Shown in pieces: positions 11,321 through 23,059 of a DNA stretch of 41,041 nt (positions within the stretch are counted from its first letter, which is position 1; every line of letters begins with the position of its first letter). The translations under genes and the position numbers were made by a program. Source of the DNA: Octopus bimaculoides (lineage: Eukaryota); contig NC_068988.1 in NCBI RefSeq assembly GCF_001194135.2, positions 5,233,932-5,274,972 of the forward strand, written 5' to 3'. A model generated the notes under the pieces. The model was given only the letters and a program-made list of their open reading frames with translations. It was not told where the DNA came from and ran no database searches.

Positions 11321-12807
11321 GCCATACACAAATACACAACAACATAGGCCAATGGATATTTTATGATTTATAATTGAATATAACATGTATTAAACAACTT
11401 GAGAAGTTTAATCAGAGTGTTTATTAAACATACATTAGGAACTATTCAAGGAATATTTAGCCATAGAAATTCTGTAAACTAATTCCAAGTAATGCTATTT
11501 CTAATACATTCTAATATTCTTCCGATCCTTTTGAGGTTTGAATATAGCTAACTTTTGGTTGATATGCGTTAGTAAAAAAAAACATCTTGATCCACGAAGA
11601 GATATTTCAGCGATTGTACTTTACCAAAATACTTGCTGAATCAAACATAAACTAATGATTCATTCATAATTCTTGTTTCCTTGGTTTGTGCTTTCTGGAA
11701 TTGCAAGAATCTAAAAGCAATGTTATACACGCGTGTGCACGCGCGCGCGTATATATATATATATATACATATGTACACCAACACAAACGCGCGCGCGCGC
11801 ATTTATATACCACGGTATGAATCGACACCCATAAGAAAGAGTTTCGAATATCGACCTCTACTCGCTTGACTTAAGCGTTAAAATGTTTAATCCTTTCAGC
11901 TAGTTCCTTCGCTCCACTGATTCAGTTACCTCAATTGCCCTAACACAATACGATTTTTGCTTTGTAATAAAACATATTTTATAATGTAAACACATAACCG
12001 TGTGTAAACTTGGATATTCCCCATAAGTATTAACTTATTTTTTATGGTTGAATTATTTACAACACTCAAGATATTATTGTAAATTACCTGAATTATAAGT
12101 TATTTCATCCTAATTGGGTTTTGTTTATTGCTGAAAACAGTAACAGCCCTAAAATTGACCAGCGTTTCATGTCCTGTCCACCTCACTCTCATAAAGAGAA
12201 CTTGCTCCCAAACGAGAAACCAATCGGCCGATGATCTCTATCCATGGCCTCTGCACCATAAAGATAAACATGAAATCCTCGCGTAAGCAATAATCTACCA
12301 CTAATCTACCGCTTTGTGTCAACTTCCCCTTGGTAATAGTGATACCGGTTTCACTTTGCAGTTCAGCCTACATAAATCGGTGGGCAAAATGAAAAATGTA
12401 TTATACCAGAATAGAAAAAGAGATTCTAAAAAATGCCATCCGTTTCAATAAAAGGAATAAAATAATTAGAAAGAATTTCATTCATAGATAATCGTACAGT
12501 CATTTTCTTTGAATTAACATTAAAACCACCCCTCCATGAAACGTTTTATAGATTCCAACAGACACTTATCTTACATAGAATCATCAATAATAAGCAAAAG
12601 AGAACTATGGATGCACTTTTCACTTGATAATTCTACCGAGTGCTGCTGCTAGAAACGATCTCGATAGACATAGACAGTTTACGTGAGAAAATGGCGACAG
12701 CCACGCCATTTTTAACGCAGAACTTCTCCTTACCTCGTTCAAGAGTATTTGGCTTGCTGATGTGTGTGTATATGTGTGTGCTAGCATATGTTCGAGTTAT
12801 ATGTATG

Positions 12808-12873
<66 letters not shown>
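12808..12873. repeat. (GATA)n tetranucleotide microsatellite
   Basis: Direct inspection. Confidence 0.95.
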
Positions 12874-12876
<3 letters not shown>

Positions 12877-13219
12877 CGCTCTTCGTGTGCAACTATATAG
12901 TTATATAATTATGCAATACGGGTTCAATTAAAATTGCACGGCAAATAACTAGTATTTAGAACTCCATAAGCATTCTTATATTGCTACAAAGAAAACCGGG
13001 AAGAAGACTCACATTAGAGCCAGAGATTTCCTTGACTGGCTTCCATAGTTAAAAAGGTCACAGAGTACAACAAAAAAGCAAAACAAAAACGGTAGAGGAG
13101 TCTCTTTATTAATTATATCTATTATTTAGTTTCTTCATTAATTATTTAGTTGCGTCAATTGAATAATTTATGATCAAAGTCTCCAGTTTCGTTTTGCATT
13201 TTACACACACACACATATT

Positions 13220-13258
<39 letters not shown>

Positions 13259-13473
13259 GAATACATATACATACATATATACACGCACATATTATTTTCA
13301 CATATACATACATACTCACAGACACAGGTACACACGTCCATAAATACATGCACATATGCACAGAGACACGTACATACATGCATGCACATTTTTGTGCATG
13401 CATACATTCAAAAAAATGGGATGGCCACAATGGCTTTCAACAGTGAAGTGCTCGATCATGGTTGGCTTTGGGT

Positions 13474-13585
13474 CAACAATAACAACAACAACAACAATAT
13501 TGACGACGACAACAACAACAACAATATTGACGACGACAACAACAACAACAATATTGACGACGACAACAACAACAACAGCAACAAC
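13474..13585 (+). repeat. (AAC)/(GAC) repeat organised as a 27-bp unit repeated about three times
   Basis: Unit tgacgacgacaacaacaacaacaatat at 13501, 13528 and (variant) 13555. Confidence 0.9.
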
Positions 13586-15126
13586 AAAATTAGCAACAGT
13601 AGACGTGCATCAGAGTTGTCTAACAACTACATGGAAAGATTTTTTTTTTTTAAACAGGTCACCGTTTCTTTTTCATTCGTCTTCGCCGCGATGCTATCAA
13701 TATTGTTTTTCCCTGAGCAATCGATCATTTATCTCTGCGCCATTGATCAAATCAAGCAGAGCTCAGCAGCTGTTTCAGATCATTATGAAATCGTTGAATA
13801 ATATATTAAATCTCTGACATACATCCACTGCCAGAAATGAACATATTAAAGTATAGACTATGTATTCCCAATGTAATCTGTTATTCGGACAAATAATATA
13901 AAAAAAGCAAATCATAATGGCGTAAAGTTAATATAACGTTTGTGCTGCTGTTGTTTTACTGCTACCTTTGGTTCAAATCACATTTTTGGTTACTTATTTT
14001 GCTGAACCACGAAGATGGAAAGACAAAGTTCACCTCTAGAGTTTATTTCAAATATTCTATTTTATTAAGAAACAAAATAGATATAGAAAGAAAGTCAAAC
14101 CTAACGAAATTTCCCATCTCGGAAAGTCTGAGGACCCAGTAATTATAGCTTTTTATATGTTCTTGAGAATACAACCCTTAAACAATACCCCACTAATGAC
14201 AAACACCGCTCCCAATTGTCAATTAAATTCAATTAGCATTAAGATGTTAGGCTTTGAAATGCCAAAGATTTTTTCCCCTTTGTACGAAGCTGCTGTGATC
14301 TTATTTATTCAACAACATTTATCGACTTCATGGGGTAAAAAAAAAGACTAGATCGATTGATCCATTACCGTTTTAAAAGTGAGTGGTATGCAGCAGCAGC
14401 AGCACTTGGTAGTTTCCTTCAATATGAAGTCTGATAAATGATATTGCTTTTTGTTTTTCTTTATTTTTTTGTTTTGTTTTTAAGAGAAAAACTAAAACTT
14501 GGATAATTTGCCAAAAAGCTTTCTCTAATCAGTTCTGTTTTAGAAGAAATTTTATTATAATGTTATAAATAATAATGCAGTTTATTACAATTATTATATT
14601 GTATTATATTAATTATAATTATGTTATATTATAATTCTTTTATAATGTTGGGCAATAGATTTCGTGAAGTTTAAAAGGTTTCTTGGATAAATAATTAAAA
14701 ATTATGTGAAATTAGATAATTATGATATTTATAAAATATCTCAAGTTGTGTAAAAACTGAAAAATGTGAAATAATTTCTGAAGATAGAGTTGATATCTGA
14801 CAATCAACATGTTTAGGCATTTAACTGGGATTAAAGGAAGTGACATATACATAACTGAAAAAATTTGATAAGCAATAAGAGGAAGGTCGAGGATTGAAGT
14901 TATTTATAAATACTGGTGTATAATTTATGAGAAGAGTCAGCATCTGATTGGTTGATGTGACATACATTCATATTGTATGATTTGCCGTTGTATATTTGTG
15001 AATAGTCTTTGATTAGATGATATATATACGTTTCTAAATGGGTGTGTGTGTGTGTGTGTGTGTGCGTGCGTGCGTGTGTGTGTGTGTGTGTGTGCGTGCG
15101 TGTGTGTGTGTGTAGGTGTGTGTGTA

Positions 15127-16207
15127 CCAGGTTGAGTCAAAACATTTTTCGGATTTTCACTGATGGCTTTTGGCAACTTGTATCTCCATGTTATATCATT
15201 AATTTGATATAACTTATTCAATCGTTACTGAATTGTTTATTCTTTCTTTTACTGCTTTGATAATGAGTTGTAAAAGAAATTGCAATGATAGCCTGAGGCA
15301 AAAAGGAGTGTTTAATGGCAGCGGCAAAAGAAATTCATGATACGGAAGATCCAGGAGCTGTAGACAAACGTACAGTACAAAACTGGCTCAGGTGTTTCAA
15401 GAAAGGTGGCACTAGCCTCGAAGACAGACAAAACTCAGGGAGATCTTCTGTTGTGGAAGATGAAGCCTTGATTGAAATGGTTGAACAACAGCCAAATGCA
15501 AGCACTCGTACATTGTCAGCAGAACTTGGGCCTTCACAAAGCACCATCAATCGACTCCTCCATAGACTCGGTCTAGTGAACAGATGCTGTCGCGAAGCTC
15601 CTCATGAAATCACCAATGACCAAGTTCAACGACGTGTGAACATTTGCAAACAACTGCTGGCAAATCCTCGACTTACTCGGTTTTGGCATCGAATTGCAAC
15701 GGAGAATGAAAAATGGAGCTATTTTCATAATCCTAATAAAAGAAATGAGTGGCTACGTTCCGGCCAACTTTCAAACCTGTTGTCAAACAAGAGCAGTTTG
15801 AATAGGTCATGTTGAGTGTTTGGTGAAATTTCGAGGGGATGTTGCACACACAACCGCTGTGACTAAGAACAATTTTAGGAACTTTATGGGGTTGGATGTG
15901 CTGCCTCAACCTACCTACAGTCTACACCTTGTACCATCGGATTACCACCTTTCCCAAGCCATGACTCATTTCCTACACAGACTGAGGTTTGACAATATGG
16001 ATGTGTTTGAAAACTGGTGCAGATTTTTTTGTCTCTAAACCAGCCAAATTATATAAGCGTGACATTCAGCGTCTGGCACAACAATGGTAACAGTCAATGT
16101 TATATGATGGGGATATATTTTGATGTATTAATGCTTTTCGTGTGTAATTTGTTTAAACTTCTTAATTATAGCTTGAAATACAAAAAAAAAGTTTTGATTC
16201 AACCTTG
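15127..16207 (+). mobile_element. Non-autonomous mariner element (about 1.08 kb) with about 33-bp imperfect TIRs, inserted in a (GT)n tract
   Basis: Left TIR ccaggttgagtcaaaacatttttcggattttca; right end tgaaatacaaaaaaaaagttttgattcaaccttg; TA immediately left, TG immediately right; encloses transposase remnants. Confidence 0.9.
15315..16038 (+). pseudogene. Mariner (Mos1/SETMAR-like) transposase pseudogene, internally deleted
   Basis: HTH region RTVQNWLRCFKKG..SLEDRQNSGR, APHEIT (WVPHEL-like), RIATENEKW (TGDEKW-like, catalytic D lost), DVLPQPTYSLHLVPSDYHL (YSPDLAPSD-like). Confidence 0.9.
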
Positions 16208-16224
16208 TGTGTGCCTCTGTGTGT

Positions 16225-16279
<55 letters not shown>

Positions 16280-16530
16280 TGAGTATGTATGTATGTAAGT
16301 ATGTATGTATGTATGTATGTATGCATGCATGTATGCATGCATGCATATATGTATGGATGTACGTATGTATGCATGTTCGTATATATGTATGTCTCTTCCA
16401 TTTTTTTATTATTATAAATCTTCCACTGAGGAGGGTGCCGGTTTCCAACAAAGACACAAGGCTCCATCTTTGGGATGTATGTATGTATGTATGTATGTAT
16501 GTATGTATGTATGCATGCATGTATGTATGT
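16208..16530. repeat. Compound (GT)n/(TATG)n/(CATG)n microsatellites
   Basis: Direct inspection. Confidence 0.9.
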
Positions 16531-16901
16531 AATTTTGTTTTGCAAGAATTTTGATTTGAAACCCTGTGTGAAAAACAATATATTCGGGAAGAGAATCATA
16601 ATTAATAAAGCCTATAAATACATTCAGCGGTTGTTCTTTGTCTACATTTCACTTTATTTTCTTTTTTTCAATTAGATTGCTGTAGTAAAAAATATTGCGG
16701 TGAATATAATCAAACATCAACTCTTTGGGAGAAAAAGAAGTAAAATATAGACAAGCAACAACTGGTGAATGTGTTTAAATGTTTTAATAATTATGACTCC
16801 ACCCAGATATAATACATACACACACATATACATACACACGCGCGCGCACTTACACACACTTACACACACATACTCGCACCACACATACACACACACAAAT
16901 C

Positions 16902-16940
<39 letters not shown>

Positions 16941-17099
16941 NNNNNNNNNNNNNNNNNNNNNNNNNNNNNNNNNNNNNNNNNNNNNNNNNNNNNNNNNNNN
17001 NNNNNNNNNNNNNNNNNNNNNNNNNNNNNNNNNNNNNNNNNNNNNNNNNNNNNNNNNNNNNNNNNNNNNTATCGAGGATCCCTTGTTTCGAACATTTGG

Positions 17100-18100
17100 G
17101 GAGAGATAGTCCTTTTCCTGTTCGATCATATTTGTAGTGTTTGTTCCTTATTTTTTTTTATTTTTGTCTTTCATTATTGATTTCATTAAGGTTTTAAAGA
17201 TCTTTTATTTTAATTTCTATCATTTTCTTCCATCAAGCCTGATCGTAGGTTTATAGTGATGTCGTGTTTACGGTAATGTTGCAAATTCAGCTGACTTCCC
17301 TCGGGGAGTCAGCAGGTGTTGTTTCGGGCACTATCAGTATTGACTTTAGATATCTCTACTGGCACCTTCTGTGTTCCTGTTTTACCAGAAGATTTCAATC
17401 TTAATTCGCTCTGCTTTTCATCAGTTTATTTTACTTGTCTTGTTTAAACTTCCAATACTTTTTAAAGTGCTTCTATTCATTATTTCCAACACTCTTGACG
17501 GTAGTGGTTTCTTCGCCTTCATTACTTCTCAAAAGAATTCTTACTGTTGGTACCATATCGAATTCTATTTTACTTTTACCAAGTTCTAGGTAGAATAATT
17601 CTGGGCTGGGGTCGAAGCTGTTTTGTGCGAAGAATCGTTACCGATCTTCATACTGAAGATATAGCAACGACGATCATTTGATTCATACGTCCATTGATTT
17701 TAGATATCCTGTTTCTGTTCTGCTATGTTTCTCTAGTATTTGCCTCTCTATGTAGTTCAGTTGTGTCGTATCGTTATTGATTTTATTAACGATTAATAGA
17801 TTTTTCGCTATTTTAATATGTATGATTTCCATGTTTGCTTAGGTTTTGATCTTCCTGTTGCATGAGTAGATGTGTAAGAGTACTCATTTCCCTTTCTAAC
17901 ATACTGTAACTGAAGTAAATATATTTCATCTGATCATATTGATGCCATTAAATTGGTGAAGTACGAATCGGTAGATTTTATTTTTGTCGCTATTTCCTCG
18001 TTGACTTTGATCCCTGCAAGTAATTCCTGTTGGTCCATTGAACGATTCATTGTTTTTAATTCTTTAGTTATTCCCAACATTAATTTGTCATATTCATGAC
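17100..18100 (-). pseudogene. Unclassified decayed long reading frame, possibly gag/ORF1 of a retroelement
   Basis: One frame stays protein-like over roughly 900 nt with scattered stops (RHEYDKLMLGITKELKTMNRSMDQQELLAGIKVNEEIATKIKSTDSYFTNL...KAKKPLPSRVLEIMN); possible zinc-knuckle remnant (PKCSKQG) at the gap edge. Confidence 0.35.
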
Positions 18101-18289
18101 GTCATGAGTAAAATTCACTCTTCTTAAATTTTCTTCGTATTTATTTTATTTCTATTTTATTTCTATTTTTGTTTGTGTCGTTCAGGTTCATCTTCTCTCT
18201 ATTCAGTATTTTGTAAGTGTTTTAGGATTTGATTTTCTTTTATTTCGTTATTTTGGGTCTAGCTTCGTAGTATGAATTCTCAATATTTA

Positions 18290-18835
18290 ATTTGAATCTT
18301 CTTTGAATATCTCCCTGCGTGTTTTCACTTTTCTTAATATTTCATTTGCGCATGTTAGTTCAATTTCCCACACCCACATTGCTTTCTTCAAAAAGTTGTT
18401 TACCTTCTCATTGACTCCGAACGTCCTAAGGCAATCTAAAAGCCACCAGTGTGGAATATTAGCAGTTGCTCGCCACATCCCCAACTTCCTTCTTCCTGGC
18501 TGCTTGTTCTGCTGTGATGATGTTATTGGTTTCACAATGGTCTTGGAGGAAGAGGTTTAAACATGCTGTATATATCTTATACATTAAGTTCTGGCATGCA
18601 ATTGACCGGTAGTTTTTTGCCATGTGGGTGGTTCTGCATTTGGAGGTCAATTTTGTCTCTGCCAGAGCTAGCCAGTGTCGTATGCAACTGTTCCCAATGA
18701 AAGCTTGCTGATGCAGATATGGTAGGTAGAATGTTAGCTTCTTGTACCAATATCCAACAATCAAGTCTCTTCCAGGTGCTTTTCCATCCTGGAGTTTCTG
18801 GATAACAGTTGCAAGAGTTTCACCATCAATGTTGT
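18290..18835 (-). mobile_element. RT fragment of an R4/Dong-type (RLE) non-LTR retrotransposon
   Basis: IQKLQDGKAPGRDLIVGYWYKKL...KNYRSIACQNLMYKIYT...NNIITAEQA...IPHWWLLDCLRTFGVNEK...RREIFKEDS (RGIFQGDS-like); frameshifted. Confidence 0.85.
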
Positions 18836-18844
18836 ATGTCTTGG

Positions 18845-20370
18845 ATGTACCAGGAAATAGAGGAGAGATACAGCACTGAATTTAGGAAGTATATTGAAAA
18901 GGCATGGAAGAGATACCTCGACGTTTGCCTCATAATCCGGACAAAATCTCAAAACACTGTGGAAGAATTCAATATCCTCCTGAACAACCTACACTCATCT
19001 ACCCAATTTACAAAGGAAATGAGCAGTACCAAATTACCATTCCTAGATATAATGGTAATTAAAAAGAACACTACCATTACTACAGATATATATTATAAAC
19101 ACACAGATACACATCAATACCTGAATTTTAAATCGTGCCATCCACCGCATACAAGACGTAACATCCCATACTGCTTAGCCAGAAGAATCTATACCATTGT
19201 AGAAGATTTGAAGATCAGGAATCAGCGCCTGATGGAAGTGAAAGAATTTCTGCTCAAACAAAAATACCCGTCACTATTTGTAGAAAATGGTATTCAGCGG
19301 GCTATGAAAATACCCAGACAGCAACTGAGGACAGCACAAAGAAGAGAAAAACAAGAACAAATCATACTATTTATAGTGACGCACAATCCATGCCACCAGA
19401 ACATCTTCAATATCGCTAAAGCAAACCTACCAATCATTGCTCAAGGTAAAGAATTAAGAGATATCATTACAGACCAAACTATAACTCTCAGTAAAAGACA
19501 GCCTAAAAGCTTGAAAAACTTATTAACAAAGGCAAGGTTTGACCTTAGCAACAAAGACCAACCATTCACTGTGTCTAAATGCAATGATAGCCGATGCGGT
19601 ACATGACAATTAATTCAAACCGGCCCGTATATGAACACAAAAGCGGGGGAAATATTCACAAACGCAAATATGAACTGTAAAAGCAGAAATTTAATCTACT
19701 GCATCAAATGCCCGAATTGTGAAGAACTGTATGTTGACCAGACATGCAATGCACTATCAGAACGCTCACGTGTGCACCGACAACAAATAAAAAATCCAGA
19801 AGTCTGCCAAATACCGCTGAGTAACCACCTAGCAACATGTGGCCGGAAAATATTTATAATATTTCCATTTCATAAACTATACAATCCGAATGAAATCGAG
19901 AGAAAACTGAGAGAAAGGGACTTTATTAATAAATTCAAACCCAAGCTTAATAAACAATGATAAAAGATAATTTTATTTAAGGTTTAAAAGTCGTATCCCC
20001 ATATCTAAAAAATAAAAGTCTCTAAAAAGTACTGCTGAAATCATTTCTAAAAATAAACACTGAAAAATGATATGGCATCATTTCTAAAAATAGCCAAGCA
20101 ACTACTACTTCTATCCACAGGAATGTATATAAAGGACAAAATTTAACCAGTCAACCACAGTTGAAACCAATGATCACAACTGTTACCACCACCATATGAA
20201 CCTGAAAATTGCATAAATGCAAGAAAGTATACTAGTTCAATAAGAATGGACATTTAATATTTTTTTCATTTGTTCAATAAGAATAGACAATTTATACATC
20301 ATTTCATTTCTTTTTACTATATCATTTTATATCTTATATCAATATTCGAAGATTATAAATAAAACGTGAA
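18845..20370 (+). mobile_element. 5'-truncated Penelope-like retroelement: RT C-terminal half, GIY-YIG endonuclease and 3' region
   Basis: ORFs 18809-19606 and 19631-19960 are in the same frame separated by one TGA. Motifs WKRYLDV, LPFLD, DIYYKHTDTHQYL..KSCHP, CNDSRCGT*, NLIYCIKCPNCEELYVDQT, RSRVHRQQI, ERKLRERDFINKFKPKLN. Confidence 0.95.
20197..20239 (+). ncRNA. Minimal type I hammerhead-ribozyme-like motif in the Penelope 3' region
   Basis: tgaac-CTGAAAA-ttgca/taaa/tgcaa-GAAA-gtatac-TA-gttca: perfect 5-bp stem I, 5-bp stem II, palindromic stem III (agtatact), CUA triplet; core deviates at G8 (A). Confidence 0.6.
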
Positions 20371-20435
20371 NNNNNNNNNNNNNNNNNNNNNNNNNNNNNN
20401 NNNNNNNNNNNNNNNNNNNNNNNNNNNNNNNNNNN

Positions 20436-20472
<37 letters not shown>

Positions 20473-21974
20473 TATTTATATATGAATGTTTTTATGTATG
20501 TGTCAGTATGGGTATCGTTTTTAACGATGGAACGCGTCGTAGATAAATCTATAAAATAATAGCGTGCAAATATTGTGTTAAAAAAACACTTTGATGAAAA
20601 ATTCGAAAGCTGCCTGGGAGACACGAACTTTTCTGCATACACATTTGTGTAGAACGAGTGTTTTTAAACATATATCCCGCCTCTTATACAAAGATACATG
20701 GTGAAGTTTAACACTGTTATAAATAGTGTATATTTATTTTTCTGGGAAAGGGGAAATTAACTGAGATAGAGGACATGGTTATTGCCCTCCATGAACGATA
20801 GTAGAACAATAACCATGACATCATACGTTGGTGGAGATAGATAAAGGTTAGTTTGATGAGATGGCTACAAGAGACGATGAGATAATCAAAACTGACCTTG
20901 TAAATTTTAGGGTAGACAGTGGAAGTTCAATACGGGTTGAGGAAATTCGTTGGTGTAGGCGGAAGAGGAGGAGACGAGTTAGTGTACGGTGGTGGAAGGG
21001 TTAACAGATGAATGTCTAAAATTTTAGATAGACAATTAATTCCTGTGACTAAATTGGATTATTCCCATTCGTGTATCCACAAAAAAAAACTGTTTCAATG
21101 TCCTTACATTTATACCCAAGACTATCGGAGCAGTAGTCAGAATTCCATATTCCGCATTTAATAGTTAAATATGTATATTTGGTTAATCGCTCGTGTACTA
21201 GATTAGTGTAGGTCATTTTGTAAAAGAATGTTGGTGTAAAAGAATGAAGAAATAAAATACTCAACATCTTGGGATCAAGCTATTAGATATTTCTCTCCGC
21301 TTCAACAGCTTGTTTTTCTTCCTCGGTTTACACATTATTTTATAGGATCGGTTTTAGTTTTGCCGTAGTTATATATACCCATACATTAGTGGACATAAAA
21401 ATGCCTTAACTATCAGTGAAAATCTACAACTGGAAAGAAACAGAACAGAAAATGATTCTGCCTTTGGCGAATAAGGTATGTGATATTTATGTAACATCAA
21501 GTTGATGGATGCATTTCGTTTGGCAGCCATTTTGTTCGTTAGATTTACTTCAAGATCGTCTGTAGTTAAGGAGAAGAAAAATCTTGAAAAGAAGTGAGAT
21601 AGAAATGATATGTTATAGAATCATATACACTATCACAGGCTTGCGCTAATGTTTATCAAAACCTAAGCCTAACAGTTTAAGATATTTCTTTATAGATGCT
21701 ATATGTTTGATTTGTTTCTGGGGTTTTTTTAATGTTGTTTTTTTTACTGTCACTAGCAATATATTTTACCTTACGATGTTAACTACATCTTTTGTTTCAT
21801 AATGTTTGGAATTCCATTACACTCATAACAAAATATATATAAAAAAGGCTATTTACAAACTTTACTCTGTTTCCTGCTCAAAGTAACTTTTCTCTATAGC
21901 AAGTTTGATAAGGAAAGATTTATATATTTTTAGATTATACCAACAATGTTATCCCAAAATATACGTTCGTATTC

Positions 21975-22052
21975 ACACACACACGCACGCACACACACAC
22001 ATGCGCACACACACACATACACACACACTTGTGTGTGTGTGTGTGTGTGTGT
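21975..22052. repeat. (CA)n immediately followed by (TG)n
   Basis: Direct inspection; the tracts are mutually complementary. Confidence 0.9.
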
Positions 22053-23059
22053 AAGTTCATTTGTGTGTTTGTGGCTGATTGTGTATAAATATTTTGTGCG
22101 CTCATTTCTTTTGTAAAGTATGTAAGCCAATTTAAAGCTAAGCCGTTTTAAGATTTCATGCAAGTTTCAGAGTCTGATAGAAGAAAGATATGTGAACTTC
22201 TAAAAACAATTATTGACAAAACCCATTGATGGGGTTCGTATAGAACTTTAGTAGAGAAGGTACAACCAAACTGAATGGATTAACAGATGGCTAATACGTT
22301 GTTTGTTTTTTTTTTATGTTGAAAGAAAGCATATTATATCTTCATTCATTGATATGCATCTAATGACACATATTGGAACCTTAAGATGTGATCTTTTCAA
22401 AACACCTGATAATACACATGTCAGACGTGGCCGTCACCTCGCAAATCGAGATTGAAATATTTGAGTTTAAAATAATACATAGTTATTAAAATTTTCGATA
22501 GAAAAAGGATAAGAACTGAATATATTCTTGATAGTTCATAAGTTTTTATTATTATTCAAAATAATTATTTGGACACAGAAGCATATAACAAAGAAAAAAA
22601 AGAAAAATGTTAATTGACAATAATTTGTAATTAACTTTAGATATAATCAAACTAAATTAATTACCACCAATACGCCAGTAATATTTAGTAAGTTCATCTA
22701 TATATACACGACAACACTGTCTGTAACAAATATGTACAAAAAAAATAAGCAAAATCAAATTTTGCAAGGAATAGTAAACAGATAAACTCAACAACACTGT
22801 CTTTATCTCCGTTATAACATAACTACACCTATAATATAACAAAAATCATTGATTGTTACCTAATGATAATTAGAGGTACTATATGATCACTCAATCTGCA
22901 TGAGATTGCAGCCAAATCTCCCTCAAATCATACTTTATCCTCTTGAAAAAACTGAAAGGACACATTCCATAATATAGTCCTTGATGCTTATTTATATACG
23001 ACATAGCCACAGCTTCTGATGATCATAATTCTGTTGAATCAATTGGGAAATTGGATTAA

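Noticed and set aside
13382-13801. 139-aa Asn/Asp-rich ORF with a hydrophobic tail and an acceptor-like site at 13657
   Set aside because: Openness is largely explained by simple repeats; no recognisable domain and no partner exons.
18094-18107. 14-bp palindrome tcatgacgtcatga containing a perfect CRE (TGACGTCA)
   Set aside because: Single short site inside a decayed element-like frame; no supporting promoter context.
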